Below, piece by piece: positions 63,947 through 64,000 of a stretch of 64,000 nucleotides of DNA; the first letter of the stretch is position 1, and each line of letters opens with the position of its first letter. The DNA comes from Eledone cirrhosa (lineage: Eukaryota). The position numbers and the translations under genes are program-made. The stretch lies in contig OZ024753.1 of the NCBI GenBank assembly GCA_964016885.1, forward strand, positions 20,832,001-20,896,000, in the 5' to 3' direction. The notes beneath the pieces are model-generated. The model did no database searches. It had not been told where the DNA came from and worked only from the letters and a program-made list of their open reading frames with translations.

Positions 63947-63986
63947 GCACCTACGTACATTTCGCCCAGTTGGGCTTTTCAAGGGC
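63947..63986 (-). ncRNA. Candidate minimal type I hammerhead, U3-A8 variant
   Basis: Minus strand: GCCC-UUGAAAA-GCCCAACUGGGC-GAAA-UGUACG-UA-GGUGC, then AAUAAA. Confidence 0.7.
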
Positions 63987-64000
63987 ATAAATAATCAAAA

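Overview
Eukaryotic, AT-rich and almost entirely repetitive DNA. The repeat types suggest a mollusc, probably a cephalopod or octopus-like genome (inference). Bases ~1.4-24.3 kb are one 22-24 bp satellite with higher-order structure and a duplicated SINE inside it. The rest is a nest of decayed elements: RTE-type LINEs, restriction-like-endonuclease (R4/NeSL-type) LINEs, two L1/Tx1-type LINE copies, two Penelope-like elements (GIY-YIG), SINEs, Helitron-like ends and minisatellites. Nearly all long ORFs in the track are repeat artefacts, and only one candidate pair of host exons was found (~24.8-25.2 kb). The main hidden signal is a set of type I hammerhead ribozyme motifs read by eye at six loci (seven motifs, since the Penelope locus has two copies), five with a GUA cleavage triplet. 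One is fully canonical (50913-50972), one is a U3-A8 covariant (63947-63986), and three have a stem II enlarged to 58-101 nt. In one of these the 5' half has been amplified into an 11-copy 48-bp minisatellite. All structures were paired manually and none has been tested.
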